DNA of 64,000 bases. It comes from an uncultured Planctomycetales bacterium (lineage in GTDB: Bacteria; Omnitrophota; Gorgyraeia; Gygaellales; Profunditerraquicolaceae). Shown piece by piece: positions 37,563 to 46,960 of the stretch. How positions within the stretch are numbered: position 1 is the stretch's first letter; each line of letters starts with the position of its first letter. The notes below the pieces were generated by a model. It was not told where the DNA came from, ran no database searches, and saw only the letters and a program-made list of their open reading frames with translations. The translations under genes were made by a program, and so were the position numbers. Location: NCBI GenBank assembly GCA_964645795.1, contig CAZYCL010000009.1:505-64504 (forward strand), given 5' to 3'.

Positions 37563-38822
37563 ATGAAACACACAATCGCCGAAAAGATATTGATGGATCA
37601 TTGCGGCAAGAAGGATGTCGGGCCGGGTGAGTTCATCGAAGCCAAAGTTGACGTTGCCTTAGGCAATGATATCACTGCGCCTTTGGCCATCTCCGAATTC
37701 AGAAAGAGCGGCACCAGGAAGGTCTTTAGCCGCGATAAGATCGTCCTTGTCCCGGACCACTTTGCCCCCGCTAAAGACGCCCGCAGCGCCAACCAGTGCA
37801 GGATATTGGCTGATTTTGCCGCGGAGCAGAGGATCGGGAATTATTTTGAAGTAGGCCGCATGGGCATTGAGCACGCGCTGTTGCCGGAGAAGAAGCTGGT
37901 GCTGCCCGGGGACCTGGTGATCGGCGCGGATTCGCACACCTGCACCTACGGGGCACTCGGCGCCTACGCCACAGGCGTCGGCTCCACTGATCTTGCCAGG
38001 GCTTTTATCGACGGAAAATGCTGGTTTAAGGTCCCCGCCACCGTTAAGTTTGTCTACAGCGGCAAACTGAACAAATGGGTTGGCGGCAAAGATATCATCC
38101 TTTATACTATAGGCGCCATAGGGGTTGACGGCGCCCTCTACAAAGTCATGGAGTTTAGCGGCCCGGTAATCAGAAAACTCGGGATGGACGATAGGTTTTC
38201 TATCTCCAACATGGCGATAGAGGCCGGGGCACGGGCCGGGATCATCGAGCCGGATAAGACCACCCTGGATTATTGCCGCGGGGCAAAACGCAAGCCCAGG
38301 GTTTACAAAAGCGATAAAGGGGCGCATTACCAGAAGGTCTATGAGTATGACCTGACGCAACTGGAGCCCCAGGTAGCTTGTCCGCACCTGCCCAGCCACG
38401 TAAAAGGGGCGAGCCAGCTTAAAGATGTAAGCCTGACGCAGGTAGTCATAGGCTCCTGCACTAACGGCAGGATAAGCGATATGCATGCCGCGGCCAGGAT
38501 TTTGAAGGGCAAGAGAGTTGCGCGGGGGTTAAGGCTCATAGTCATCCCGGCGACCCAAAAGGTCTATATGGAATCCGTCAAGAAAGGGCTGGCAAAGATA
38601 TTTGTGGAGGCAGGAGGGGTTTTTTCTACTCCTACCTGCGGCCCGTGCCTGGGCGGTCATATCGGGATCCTGACAGATGGGGAGGTCTGCCTCGCCACTA
38701 CCAACAGGAATTTTATCGGAAGGATGGGCAGCCCCAAGTCGTTTGTCTATCTGTCTAATCCGGCAGTGGCAGCGGCCTCGGCCATAACCGGCAGGATCAC
38801 GCATCCTGATGAGGTAGTTTAA
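37563..38822 (+). CDS. leuC: 3-isopropylmalate dehydratase large subunit (short, about 420 aa type)
   Basis: Aconitase-family Cys ligands. TLAEKIL-like start MKHTIAEKIL. Followed by leuD. Confidence 0.85.
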   Translation: MKHTIAEKILMDHCGKKDVGPGEFIEAKVDVALGNDITAPLAISEFRKSGTRKVFSRDKIVLVPDHFAPAKDARSANQCRILADFAAEQRIGNYFEVGRMGIEHALLPEKKLVLPGDLVIGADSHTCTYGALGAYATGVGSTDLARAFIDGKCWFKVPATVKFVYSGKLNKWVGGKDIILYTIGAIGVDGALYKVMEFSGPVIRKLGMDDRFSISNMAIEAGARAGIIEPDKTTLDYCRGAKRKPRVYKSDKGAHYQKVYEYDLTQLEPQVACPHLPSHVKGASQLKDVSLTQVVIGSCTNGRISDMHAAARILKGKRVARGLRLIVIPATQKVYMESVKKGLAKIFVEAGGVFSTPTCGPCLGGHIGILTDGEVCLATTNRNFIGRMGSPKSFVYLSNPAVAAASAITGRITHPDEVV

Positions 38823-38825
38823 GGT

Positions 38826-38862
38826 TCACCAAGTCACCAGGTCACCAGGTCACCGGTTTAAC
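38826..38862. repeat. tandem octamer repeat (TCACCAGG-like, about 4 copies) in the leuC-leuD spacer
   Basis: GGTTCACCAAGTCACCAGGTCACCAGGTCACCGGTT. Confidence 0.6.
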
Positions 38863-38895
38863 GGGTGAGCCGGCGACCATTGAAAAGGCATATAA

Positions 38896-39393
38896 ATGAT
38901 CATTAAGGGAAGAGTCCATAAGTTCGGAGACGATATCAATACCGACGACATTATCGCCGCCAAGTACCTGGTTTCCACCGATGCCAAAGAGCTTGGCAGC
39001 CACTGCATGGAGACCATAGCAGCTGATTTTTCCAGGAAGGTAAAACCCGGGGATATAATCGTGGCAGGAAAGAACTTCGGCTGCGGTTCATCCCGGGAGC
39101 ACGCGCCTTTGGCCATAAAAGGCTCAGGCGTGGCCGCGGTCCTGGCGGAAAGCTTTGCGGGTATCTTTTTCCGAAACGCCATCAATATCGGCCTGCCGTT
39201 TCTGGAGCTGGGCAATACCGACGATATCCGCGATCAGGATGAGCTGGAGATCGACCTGTCCAGCGGGCTGGTTAAAAACATCAGCCGCAATGCCTCTTAC
39301 AGGACCCAGGCGTTTCCCGGTTTCCTTCAAGAGATTGTCGAATGCGAAGGCCTGCTTAACTGGGTTAAATCCAAGAAAAGGAGCACAAGATGA
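38896..39393 (+). CDS. leuD: 3-isopropylmalate dehydratase small subunit
   Basis: Aconitase swivel domain GxNFGCGSSREHA. Confidence 0.85.
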   Translation: MIIKGRVHKFGDDINTDDIIAAKYLVSTDAKELGSHCMETIAADFSRKVKPGDIIVAGKNFGCGSSREHAPLAIKGSGVAAVLAESFAGIFFRNAINIGLPFLELGNTDDIRDQDELEIDLSSGLVKNISRNASYRTQAFPGFLQEIVECEGLLNWVKSKKRSTR

Positions 39394-39650
39394 AAGTCGA
39401 AAAAGAGAAGCTGTTGGTCAAGATCTACTGCCAAGACGGCTCCATGATCAAGGGTTGCGTCCATATCAACCCGGGTGAGCGGCTCATCGATTTTCTTAAC
39501 GATACCAAAGAGAACTTTGTCGCGGTAACGGACGCGGAGTTCCACAATCTCTGCGAGATACAGTCTTTTAAGCTGGCGGTCGAAGTCAAGAGCAACAAGG
39601 ATATACTCATAGTCAACAAGGCAGCCATAAAATCAGTCGAGGCCCTTTAA
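39390..39650 (+). CDS. hypothetical 86-aa protein embedded in the leu operon
   Basis: ATGA overlap with the leuD stop. No recognisable motif. Confidence 0.4.
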   Translation: MKVEKEKLLVKIYCQDGSMIKGCVHINPGERLIDFLNDTKENFVAVTDAEFHNLCEIQSFKLAVEVKSNKDILIVNKAAIKSVEAL

Positions 39651-39663
39651 GAAAGAGGTCGTC

Positions 39664-40725
39664 ATGTACAGAATAGCGGTAATTCCCGGTGATGGCACCG
39701 GTCCGGAAGTGGTAAACGAGGGATTGAAGGTCCTGTCGGCAGCCGCCAGGAAGTTCGGCTTCAAATACGAAAGCCGCGTCTTTGACTTCGGGGGCGAGCG
39801 CTATCTTAAGACCTCCAAGACCCTCGAAGACCGGGACATCGATGAGCTCAAGGCTTATTCCGCTATATTCCTGGGGGCGATCGGCCATCCCGATGTCAAG
39901 CCCGGCATACTTGAGACGGGCATACTCCTGAAGCTGCGGTTTGCCCTCGACCAGTATATCAACCTGCGTCCGGTAAAGCTCTACAACAGCGCGTTCTGCC
40001 CGCTGAAGGACAAAGGTCCGCAAGACATCGATTTCGTAGTGGTGCGGGAGAACTCCGAAGGCTTATATAAGGGGATGGGAGAGTTCAGGAATAAAGGCAG
40101 CGGCGATGAGGTCGCCCTGCAGATCTCTTATAATACCCGTAAAGGGGTGGAGCGCTGCATACGTTTTGCTTTCGACTACTGCCGCAGGCGCAACAAAGGC
40201 AAGAAATTGACACTTTGCGGCAAGACCAATGTCCTGACCTATGCCTGGGATCTGTGGGAGAGGACGTTTCATGAGGTAGCCAAGGATTATCCCGACATAA
40301 CCACGGATTACGCCCATGTGGACGCCACGACGATGTGGTTCGTGAAGAACCCGGAGTGGTTTGATGTGATCGTCACCGACAACATGTTCGGGGACATCAT
40401 TACGGACCTCGGGGCGATGATCCAGGGCGGTATGGGTATTGCTGCCGGAGGCAATATCAATCCGCAAGGCGTCTCCATGTTTGAGCCTATCGGCGGCAGC
40501 GCCCCGAAGTATACCGGCAAGAACGTCATTAATCCATTAGCCGCTATATGTGCTGCGGCCATGATGCTGGAGGCATTGGGTGAGTCTAAGGCCGCAGTTG
40601 CGATAGAAGATGCGGTCATCAAAATAGTCCAGAAGGACCTGAAATCCCTGGCTGCGGGAAAAATGGGTTATTCGACTTGCGAAGTCGGAGATCTTGTTGT
40701 TAAGAATCTGCAGACGGAGAGTTAA
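39664..40725 (+). CDS. leuB: 3-isopropylmalate dehydrogenase
   Basis: IAVIPGDGTGPEV start. NMFGDIITDLGA and GSAPKY blocks of the isocitrate/isopropylmalate dehydrogenase family. Leu operon context. Confidence 0.8.
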   Translation: MYRIAVIPGDGTGPEVVNEGLKVLSAAARKFGFKYESRVFDFGGERYLKTSKTLEDRDIDELKAYSAIFLGAIGHPDVKPGILETGILLKLRFALDQYINLRPVKLYNSAFCPLKDKGPQDIDFVVVRENSEGLYKGMGEFRNKGSGDEVALQISYNTRKGVERCIRFAFDYCRRRNKGKKLTLCGKTNVLTYAWDLWERTFHEVAKDYPDITTDYAHVDATTMWFVKNPEWFDVIVTDNMFGDIITDLGAMIQGGMGIAAGGNINPQGVSMFEPIGGSAPKYTGKNVINPLAAICAAAMMLEALGESKAAVAIEDAVIKIVQKDLKSLAAGKMGYSTCEVGDLVVKNLQTES

Positions 40726-41742
40726 ATGAAGAGATATAACGTAGCGGTTGTAGGTGTGGGAGTGGTAGGCCTGGAGATGCTCAGGGTCCTAAGGCAGCGC
40801 AATTTCCCTGCCGGCCAAATACGCGTTTTGGCGCGTTCTGCCAGGGATATAGAGGTTGACGGCCAAAAGTATTCGGTCCAGGCGATCTCACCCGAAGGCT
40901 TTGACGGCATAGATATAGCGTTATTTGCGGGCACCGAAGGAGAAAAAGGCGCGGCAGTTACTTTTGCGGCAGAGGCGGTCAAGCGCGGCGCCGTGGTCAT
41001 CGATAACGGGGCGGATTTCAGGATGGATGCGAAGGTGCCGTTGGTGGTGCCGGAGGTCAACGCAAAAGACGTCAAGAGCCATAAAGGTATTATAGCCAAT
41101 CCAAACTGTTCGACCATTCAGCTGGTAGTGGCTTTATGGCCGATTTACCGTAAGGCGGGATTAAAGAGGGTCGTGGTTACCACCTTGCAGGCTTCTTCCG
41201 GCGCCGGAAGGGGCGCCGTAGAACAGCTAAAAGACGAGACCTCACGCATCGTCAATGCGGGATTCGGGAATTTGCACGTCGATAGCGAAAACAGGTCGAT
41301 GTCTCAGCAGTTGGCCTTCAATGTTTTTCCTCATATCGGAGGTTTTGGCGATGACGATTACACCAGCGAAGAGTGGAAGTTGGTCAGGGAGTCCCATAAG
41401 ATAATGCATGATAACAAAATAAAGATATCAGCTACGACTGTAAGGGTCCCCGTAAGGACGGGGCACTCCGAGTCCGTATACATAGAGACAAAAGAGCCGT
41501 TAAGCCCCGGAAAAGCCAGGGCTATCCTGTCTAGGGCCCCTGGGGTAATACTCATGGACGATATCAAAAACAACCTTTATCCCATGCCCAAGGATGTCGA
41601 GGGCAGGGATGAAACCTTTGTCGGCAGGATCAGAAGGGATCCGTTCGTCAAGAACGGCCTTTGGTTGTGGGTGGTAGCGGACAACCTTAGAAAAGGGGCG
41701 GCTACCAATGCCGTGCAGATCGCCGAAGCGTTGATAAAATGA
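40726..41742 (+). CDS. asd: aspartate-semialdehyde dehydrogenase
   Basis: VAVVGVGVVG NAD-binding motif. Catalytic Cys in IANPNCSTI. Confidence 0.9.
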   Translation: MKRYNVAVVGVGVVGLEMLRVLRQRNFPAGQIRVLARSARDIEVDGQKYSVQAISPEGFDGIDIALFAGTEGEKGAAVTFAAEAVKRGAVVIDNGADFRMDAKVPLVVPEVNAKDVKSHKGIIANPNCSTIQLVVALWPIYRKAGLKRVVVTTLQASSGAGRGAVEQLKDETSRIVNAGFGNLHVDSENRSMSQQLAFNVFPHIGGFGDDDYTSEEWKLVRESHKIMHDNKIKISATTVRVPVRTGHSESVYIETKEPLSPGKARAILSRAPGVILMDDIKNNLYPMPKDVEGRDETFVGRIRRDPFVKNGLWLWVVADNLRKGAATNAVQIAEALIK

Positions 41743-42524
41743 GGCTCGAACGCTGCCTTAGGATCAGCGTTGAGTATGAGGGCACGCCTTTTCACGGCTG
41801 GCAATCGCAGCCCAACAAAAGAAATACTATCCAGTCCATCCTGGAAAAGACGCTAAAGAAGATATTGTCGCATAAGACCAGCGTTACCGGCTGCGGCCGC
41901 ACCGATTCGGGGGTGCATGCCCTGGAGTTCACAGCCAGCTTTAGGACTACTTCAGCTATTGCCGTAGATAAGTTAAGGCTGGCCTTGAACGCGCTTCTGC
42001 CTGCGCAGATAGCGGTGACCGGCGTGCGGGAGGCCGGAAGGGATTTTAACGCCTTGTCGGCTTCCAGATCAAAGGTTTATCGCTATCTGATCTTGAACCG
42101 GCCTTATCCCTCGGCCCTTCTCGAAAAAAAAGCCTATTTTTGTCATTTTCCCCTCGATATAGGCAAGATGCGCAGGGCCGCCAGCCACCTTATCGGCACC
42201 CACGACTTTAAAGCCTTCTGCGCCAGCGGCAGCACTGCCAGGACTACTACCCGCACGGTTAAGCGGCTGGCGATCTCCAGGGTCGCCTATGACCCGTTGT
42301 TTTTGGGGCGCTGTCCGGCAGAGAAGCAGTTATTGGCCATAGACATCGAAGCCGACGGTTTCCTTTATAATATGGTAAGAAATATCGTAGGCACGCTCCT
42401 GGAGGTAGGCCGGGGCAGGATCCCCTGTTCAAGGGTAAAGGGTATTTTAAGCTCAAAAAACCGCATTTATGCCGGACCAACCGCGCCGGCTTGCGGTCTT
42501 TATTTAAGAGAGGCAAGGTACTAA
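41739..42524 (+). CDS. truA: tRNA pseudouridine(38-40) synthase
   Basis: YEGTPFHGWQ. Catalytic Asp in GCGRTDSGVHA. Confidence 0.85.
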   Translation: MRLERCLRISVEYEGTPFHGWQSQPNKRNTIQSILEKTLKKILSHKTSVTGCGRTDSGVHALEFTASFRTTSAIAVDKLRLALNALLPAQIAVTGVREAGRDFNALSASRSKVYRYLILNRPYPSALLEKKAYFCHFPLDIGKMRRAASHLIGTHDFKAFCASGSTARTTTRTVKRLAISRVAYDPLFLGRCPAEKQLLAIDIEADGFLYNMVRNIVGTLLEVGRGRIPCSRVKGILSSKNRIYAGPTAPACGLYLREARY

Positions 42525-42568
42525 AAAAGTATTTGACTAAAGATTATAATGTGTTATACTTTTTCTCT

Positions 42569-43000
42569 ATGAAAAAAACCTTCGTTTCGAAAAAATCCGA
42601 TGTCAAGCGTATCTGCTATATAGCGGATGCCAAGGATAAGGTCCTGGGAAGGCTGGCCAGCCGGGTGGCGGTGATCTTGAGAGGCAAGCATAAGCCGATA
42701 TTCACCCCGGGGCTGGATACCGGGGATAATGTAATTGTCATCAACGCCGCCAAGATAAGAGTGACAGGCAGGAAGATGAGCCAGAAGGTCTACCTAAGGT
42801 ACTCCGGTTATCCCGGAGGACTCAAGCAGGTCGTGCTTAAAGATATGCTTGCCCAAAGGCCGGCGACGGTAATAAAGCTGGCGGTTCAGAGGATGCTGCC
42901 CGGCGGGCCCCTGGGAAGGGACCTGATAAAGAAGCTTAAGGTATTTGCTGATGACAAGCATCCTTACGCGGGCTTGAAACCCAAGGTTTTGGAGGTTTAG
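42569..43000 (+). CDS. rplM: 50S ribosomal protein L13
   Basis: WYIIDA-like YIADAKDKVLGRLAS and the PGG(L) block. Confidence 0.85.
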   Translation: MKKTFVSKKSDVKRICYIADAKDKVLGRLASRVAVILRGKHKPIFTPGLDTGDNVIVINAAKIRVTGRKMSQKVYLRYSGYPGGLKQVVLKDMLAQRPATVIKLAVQRMLPGGPLGRDLIKKLKVFADDKHPYAGLKPKVLEV

Positions 43001-43006
43001 AACTCG

Positions 43007-43402
43007 ATGGAAGCCAATACAAAATATAAAGCTGTAGGCAGACGCAAGGAGTCGGTGGCCCGGATCCAATTGTTCTCGGGCAAAGGCGATATTACCATAA
43101 ACGGCCGGCCCTGCGAGAAGTATTTCTTACGCGAGACCGACAGGATCATCCTGAGGCAGCCTTTGGCCCTGACTAACACCCAGTCGCGCTATGATATCCG
43201 CGCCACTCTTTGCGGCGGGGGCCTTACCGGTCAGGCAGGGGCACTGCGTTTGGGTATTGCCCGAGCGTTGATCGTTGCCGAGCCGCAGTTAAAGGACGTC
43301 CTGCGCAAACAAGGCTATCTTACGCGCGACCCCCGCGCCAAGGAGCGCAAGAAATACGGACAGAAAGGGGCGCGCAAACGCTTCCAGTGGACTAAGAGGT
43401 AG
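43007..43402 (+). CDS. rpsI: 30S ribosomal protein S9
   Basis: GRRKESVARI start. C-terminal KKYGQKGARKRFQWTKR. Confidence 0.9.
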   Translation: MEANTKYKAVGRRKESVARIQLFSGKGDITINGRPCEKYFLRETDRIILRQPLALTNTQSRYDIRATLCGGGLTGQAGALRLGIARALIVAEPQLKDVLRKQGYLTRDPRAKERKKYGQKGARKRFQWTKR

Positions 43403-43448
43403 AGATGTAATTATACGGAATCGACAGATAGATTTTGCAGTTTTAAAA

Positions 43449-43478
43449 GTCCCGCAGGAAGCCGCGGGACTTTTTTTT
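43449..43478 (+). terminator. rho-independent terminator after rpsI
   Basis: GTCCCGC-aggaagcc-GCGGGAC followed by TTTTTTTT. Confidence 0.85.
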
Positions 43479-43814
43479 ACAGTAACTTTTTTAGTTGGCC
43501 TCGGCCTGCAAGTTTTCGAGCGAATGTCGATTTTAGCCAATGGAGCTTGAGCAGCGAGCAAACACTTTGAATCTTTTATATAGTGAAGTCCTTGCGAGCG
43601 CAGCGAGCAAGGAGGCACCCCTGTGGAGCGAAGCGACAACACAGGTGCAGCGAAGCTGTTTGAGCGCCTTTTGCTAGAGCAAAAGGCGCGAGTTCTGCAG
43701 CCGCCGAGATGCGAAAGACCATTGGCGTCCGCCACCTCCTGTGGCGAAAATCGACCTGAGCGAGAAAGCTTGCAGGCAGGGGCCAACTATAGGTCTTTCC
43801 GTCGAGAAAAATCC

Positions 43815-43843
43815 TTGACGGGGAGTGTATTTTATTCTAATAT
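43815..43843 (+). promoter_or_regulatory. candidate arg operon promoter (TTGACG-17-TAATAT) overlapped by an AT-rich palindrome
   Basis: TTGACG at 43815-43820 and TAATAT at 43838-43843. The palindrome ATTTTAT-n6-ATAAAAT with TGTAT/ATTCT half-sites (ARG-box-like) spans the -10. Confidence 0.4.
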
Positions 43844-43882
43844 AAAATATCCGTCGATGTTGCGACGGAAACGGGGGGTTGC

Positions 43883-44902
43883 ATGACCAGAGTCGGTATT
43901 GTGGGCGTCAGCGGGTATACGGGCCAAGAGCTTATCGCCCTTATGCTCAAACATCCCGATGCCAGGATCGGCGGATTATATTCGAGCAGCGCGTTCGGCA
44001 AATCTATCGCCGAGGTCTTCCCGCGCCTTGCAGGGGTCTGCGATATTGTCTGCCAGAAGCCCAACCCGGCGCAGATCGTCAGGAGTTGCGATACGGTCTT
44101 TTTGGCTTTACCCCACACGGTTTCCATGAGCCTTGCCCCGTGGCTTCTTCAGTCGGGAAAGCGGGTTATTGACCTGAGCGCCGATTACAGGCTGAAGAAC
44201 ATTCGGACATACCAGGAGTATTACGGGCTTAAGCATAAAGATAAGATAAACCTGGCCAGGGCCGTCTACGGCCTGCCGGAGCTTGTGCGCAATAAAATAA
44301 GGAACGCGCGCCTGGTCGCAAACCCCGGTTGTTACCCCACGGCGGTGATACTGGCCCTTGCGCCTTTGGTAGCGTTCGATGTGATCGATATCCGCACGAT
44401 AATCATAGACGCCAAGTCCGGGGTCAGCGGCGCCGGAAAGAAGGTAGCCGAAGGGTTCCTTTATTGCGAGGCTAATGAGGATTTCAAGGCCTATAAGGTC
44501 GGCAGCCACCAGCATGCCCCGGAGATCGACCAGGAGCTCTCGGGCCTGGCCGGCAAGAAGCTTTCGGTAACATTCGTGCCGCATCTTCTGCCGCTTAACC
44601 GCGGGATCCTGGCGACGGCCTACGCCGAAAAGAATAAGGGCTCCCTTAAGACAAGAAGCGTGCATGAGCTATACAGGAAATTCTATAAAAATGAGCCTTT
44701 TGTGAGGATCAGGGGCGAAGGCTTGTTCCCGAGGCTAAAAGACGTAGCCTACACCAACTTCTGCGACATCGGTATAAAGGACGACGGAAAGAGGCTTATC
44801 GTGATAGCCGCCATTGACAATCTTTTGAAAGGCGCCAGCGGCCAGGCCGTGCAGAACTTGAACATCATGAACGGTTTTCCGGAAGAGGCCGCTTTAAAAT
44901 AA
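43883..44902 (+). CDS. argC: N-acetyl-gamma-glutamyl-phosphate reductase
   Basis: VGIVGVSGYTGQELI start. Catalytic Cys in ANPGCYPTA. Confidence 0.9.
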   Translation: MTRVGIVGVSGYTGQELIALMLKHPDARIGGLYSSSAFGKSIAEVFPRLAGVCDIVCQKPNPAQIVRSCDTVFLALPHTVSMSLAPWLLQSGKRVIDLSADYRLKNIRTYQEYYGLKHKDKINLARAVYGLPELVRNKIRNARLVANPGCYPTAVILALAPLVAFDVIDIRTIIIDAKSGVSGAGKKVAEGFLYCEANEDFKAYKVGSHQHAPEIDQELSGLAGKKLSVTFVPHLLPLNRGILATAYAEKNKGSLKTRSVHELYRKFYKNEPFVRIRGEGLFPRLKDVAYTNFCDIGIKDDGKRLIVIAAIDNLLKGASGQAVQNLNIMNGFPEEAALK

Positions 44903-46039
44903 ATGAGATCCTACAATAAGGCTATTCTCCCCGAAGGCTTCAAAGCCTCAGGCCTGCACTGCGGTATAAAACATTCCCATAAGCCGGATCTAGCGCTCTT
45001 CTACAGCGAATTTGCGGCAAAGGCAGCGTGTTTGTTCACCTCCAACAAGATAAAGGCGGCCCCGATTAAACTCTGCCAGGAAAAATTAAAAAACAACCGG
45101 GAGTTCCGGGCTATCATTGCCAATAGCGGAAACGCCAATTGCTATACCGGCAAAGCGGGTTTGGATGACGCCCGGCACAGCTGCAGGTATGTATCAGGCG
45201 CGCTGGGGATCGCAGAGGCTTCGGTCCTGGTTGCTTCTACCGGGATCATTGGCAGGAGGATGGATGTATCCAGGATAAAGAAGGCTATGCCCAAGCTTGT
45301 GGAGGGGCTTTCGGTTTCGGGGATACATAAGGCAAAAAAAGCCATAATGACCACTGATCTCATAACTAAGGAGTTTACGGTGCAGGTGGCTTCGGCAGGC
45401 AGCGCCTATAGTATTTGCGGGGTGGCTAAGGGCGCGGGGATGATCTCGCCCGATATGGCAACGATGCTCTGTTTTATTTTTACCGATGCGGATATTGCGC
45501 AGCGGGCGCTTGAGTCTTCGTTAAGGGCTGCAGTCGAAGGATCATTCAACTGTATTAGCGTGGACGGTTGCATGAGCACTAACGATACGGTGATGATCCT
45601 GGCCAACGCAGCCGCGGGCAACAGGCAGATCTCAAGAGGAAGCCGGCTTCAGGAGTTTAGTGCGGCCCTTACCAAGGTTTGCGGGGAGCTGTCAGTGATG
45701 ATCGTCAGGGACGGCGAAGGGGCAAGCAAGTTTATACGTATTGAAGTCTGCGGGGCAAGCTCCAGGGCTCAGGCGAAGAAGGGCGCATTAGCCGTGGCCA
45801 ACTCCAACCTGTTTAAGACCGCCGTCTACGGCCAGAATCCGAATTTTGGCAGGGTGCTGGCGGCCCTGGGTTCAAGCGGCATAGATATCGACGAAGATAA
45901 GGTAAAGGTGCGGTTGGGCCCGCTCAACAAGAAAGAGGTCGAGCTTAAGGTAGCCCTCGGTATGGGTAAGGGCAGGGCTGTGGTTTATACTTCGGACCTT
46001 ACCCCGAAGTACATCAAGATCAATGCGGAGTATAATTAG
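44903..46039 (+). CDS. argJ: bifunctional glutamate N-acetyltransferase / amino-acid acetyltransferase
   Basis: ArgJ family. Self-cleavage ATML site in PDMATMLCFIFTDA. Confidence 0.9.
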   Translation: MRSYNKAILPEGFKASGLHCGIKHSHKPDLALFYSEFAAKAACLFTSNKIKAAPIKLCQEKLKNNREFRAIIANSGNANCYTGKAGLDDARHSCRYVSGALGIAEASVLVASTGIIGRRMDVSRIKKAMPKLVEGLSVSGIHKAKKAIMTTDLITKEFTVQVASAGSAYSICGVAKGAGMISPDMATMLCFIFTDADIAQRALESSLRAAVEGSFNCISVDGCMSTNDTVMILANAAAGNRQISRGSRLQEFSAALTKVCGELSVMIVRDGEGASKFIRIEVCGASSRAQAKKGALAVANSNLFKTAVYGQNPNFGRVLAALGSSGIDIDEDKVKVRLGPLNKKEVELKVALGMGKGRAVVYTSDLTPKYIKINAEYN

Positions 46040-46080
46040 CTGACAGCTGACAGCCGGCAATAAGATCTTTAGGAAAAGAT

Positions 46081-46956
46081 ATGGAAGAAGCGATCAAAAA
46101 GGCGGACGTGCTCATCGAGGCGTTGCCATATATAAAGAAGTTCCATAAGAAGATCATTGTCATCAAATACGGCGGCAGCATCCTCAGTGACGAGAAGATA
46201 CGCCGGGGGGTGCTGGAGGATATAGTTTTCCTGAGTTTCATGGGATTGGAGCCGGTGATCGTCCACGGGGGCGGCCCCAATATCAGCGAGCGCCTGCGTC
46301 AGAACGGCAAGAAGTCAAAGTTCATTGACGGCATACGCGTGACCGATGAAGAGACGCTTGAGGTGGTTGAAGAAGAGCTCCGGGAGCTCAATAACCTAAT
46401 CGTCGGTGAACTTAAAGGCCTGGGAGCCGAGGCGATGGGGCTGCACGGAAAAGACGCCGGGCTTATCGAGGTGGAAAAAAAGAACTCCAAAGACGATCTT
46501 GGATATGTGGGAGAGGTGCGTGCCGTAAACAAAAAGTCCCTGGCGGCCTACCTGGATAAGGGCAGGGTGGCAGTGGTCCTACCGATGGGCAGGGGCAGCG
46601 ACGGGCATCTTTATAACATCAATGCCGACGAGTCGGCGGCGGCTGTCGCCTCGGCGTTAGGCGCCGAGAAGATGGTGCTCCTGACCAATGTGCGGGGCAT
46701 CATGCGTAACCCCGAAGACAGCGACTCTTTGATATCCACGCTTACCTGCGAGGAGACACAGGAGCTGATAAAAAACAAAGTGATACAAGAGGGGATGATC
46801 CCCAAGGTCAGCGCATGTATCGAGGCCCTTAAAAAAGGGGTAAAGAAGACCCACATCATAGATGCCCGCATGCAGCACGCGCTGCTTCTGGAGATATTCA
46901 CGGACCAGGGCGTCGGCACCGAGATAATCGGCCAGCTTGTTTGCGATCCGCGCTAG
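46081..46956 (+). CDS. argB: acetylglutamate kinase
   Basis: IVIKYGGS amino-acid-kinase motif. VHGGGP motif. Confidence 0.9.
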   Translation: MEEAIKKADVLIEALPYIKKFHKKIIVIKYGGSILSDEKIRRGVLEDIVFLSFMGLEPVIVHGGGPNISERLRQNGKKSKFIDGIRVTDEETLEVVEEELRELNNLIVGELKGLGAEAMGLHGKDAGLIEVEKKNSKDDLGYVGEVRAVNKKSLAAYLDKGRVAVVLPMGRGSDGHLYNINADESAAAVASALGAEKMVLLTNVRGIMRNPEDSDSLISTLTCEETQELIKNKVIQEGMIPKVSACIEALKKGVKKTHIIDARMQHALLLEIFTDQGVGTEIIGQLVCDPR

Positions 46957-46960
46957 AAAA

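Noticed and set aside
37659-38486. 275-aa minus-strand ORF
   Set aside because: It is antisense to leuC.
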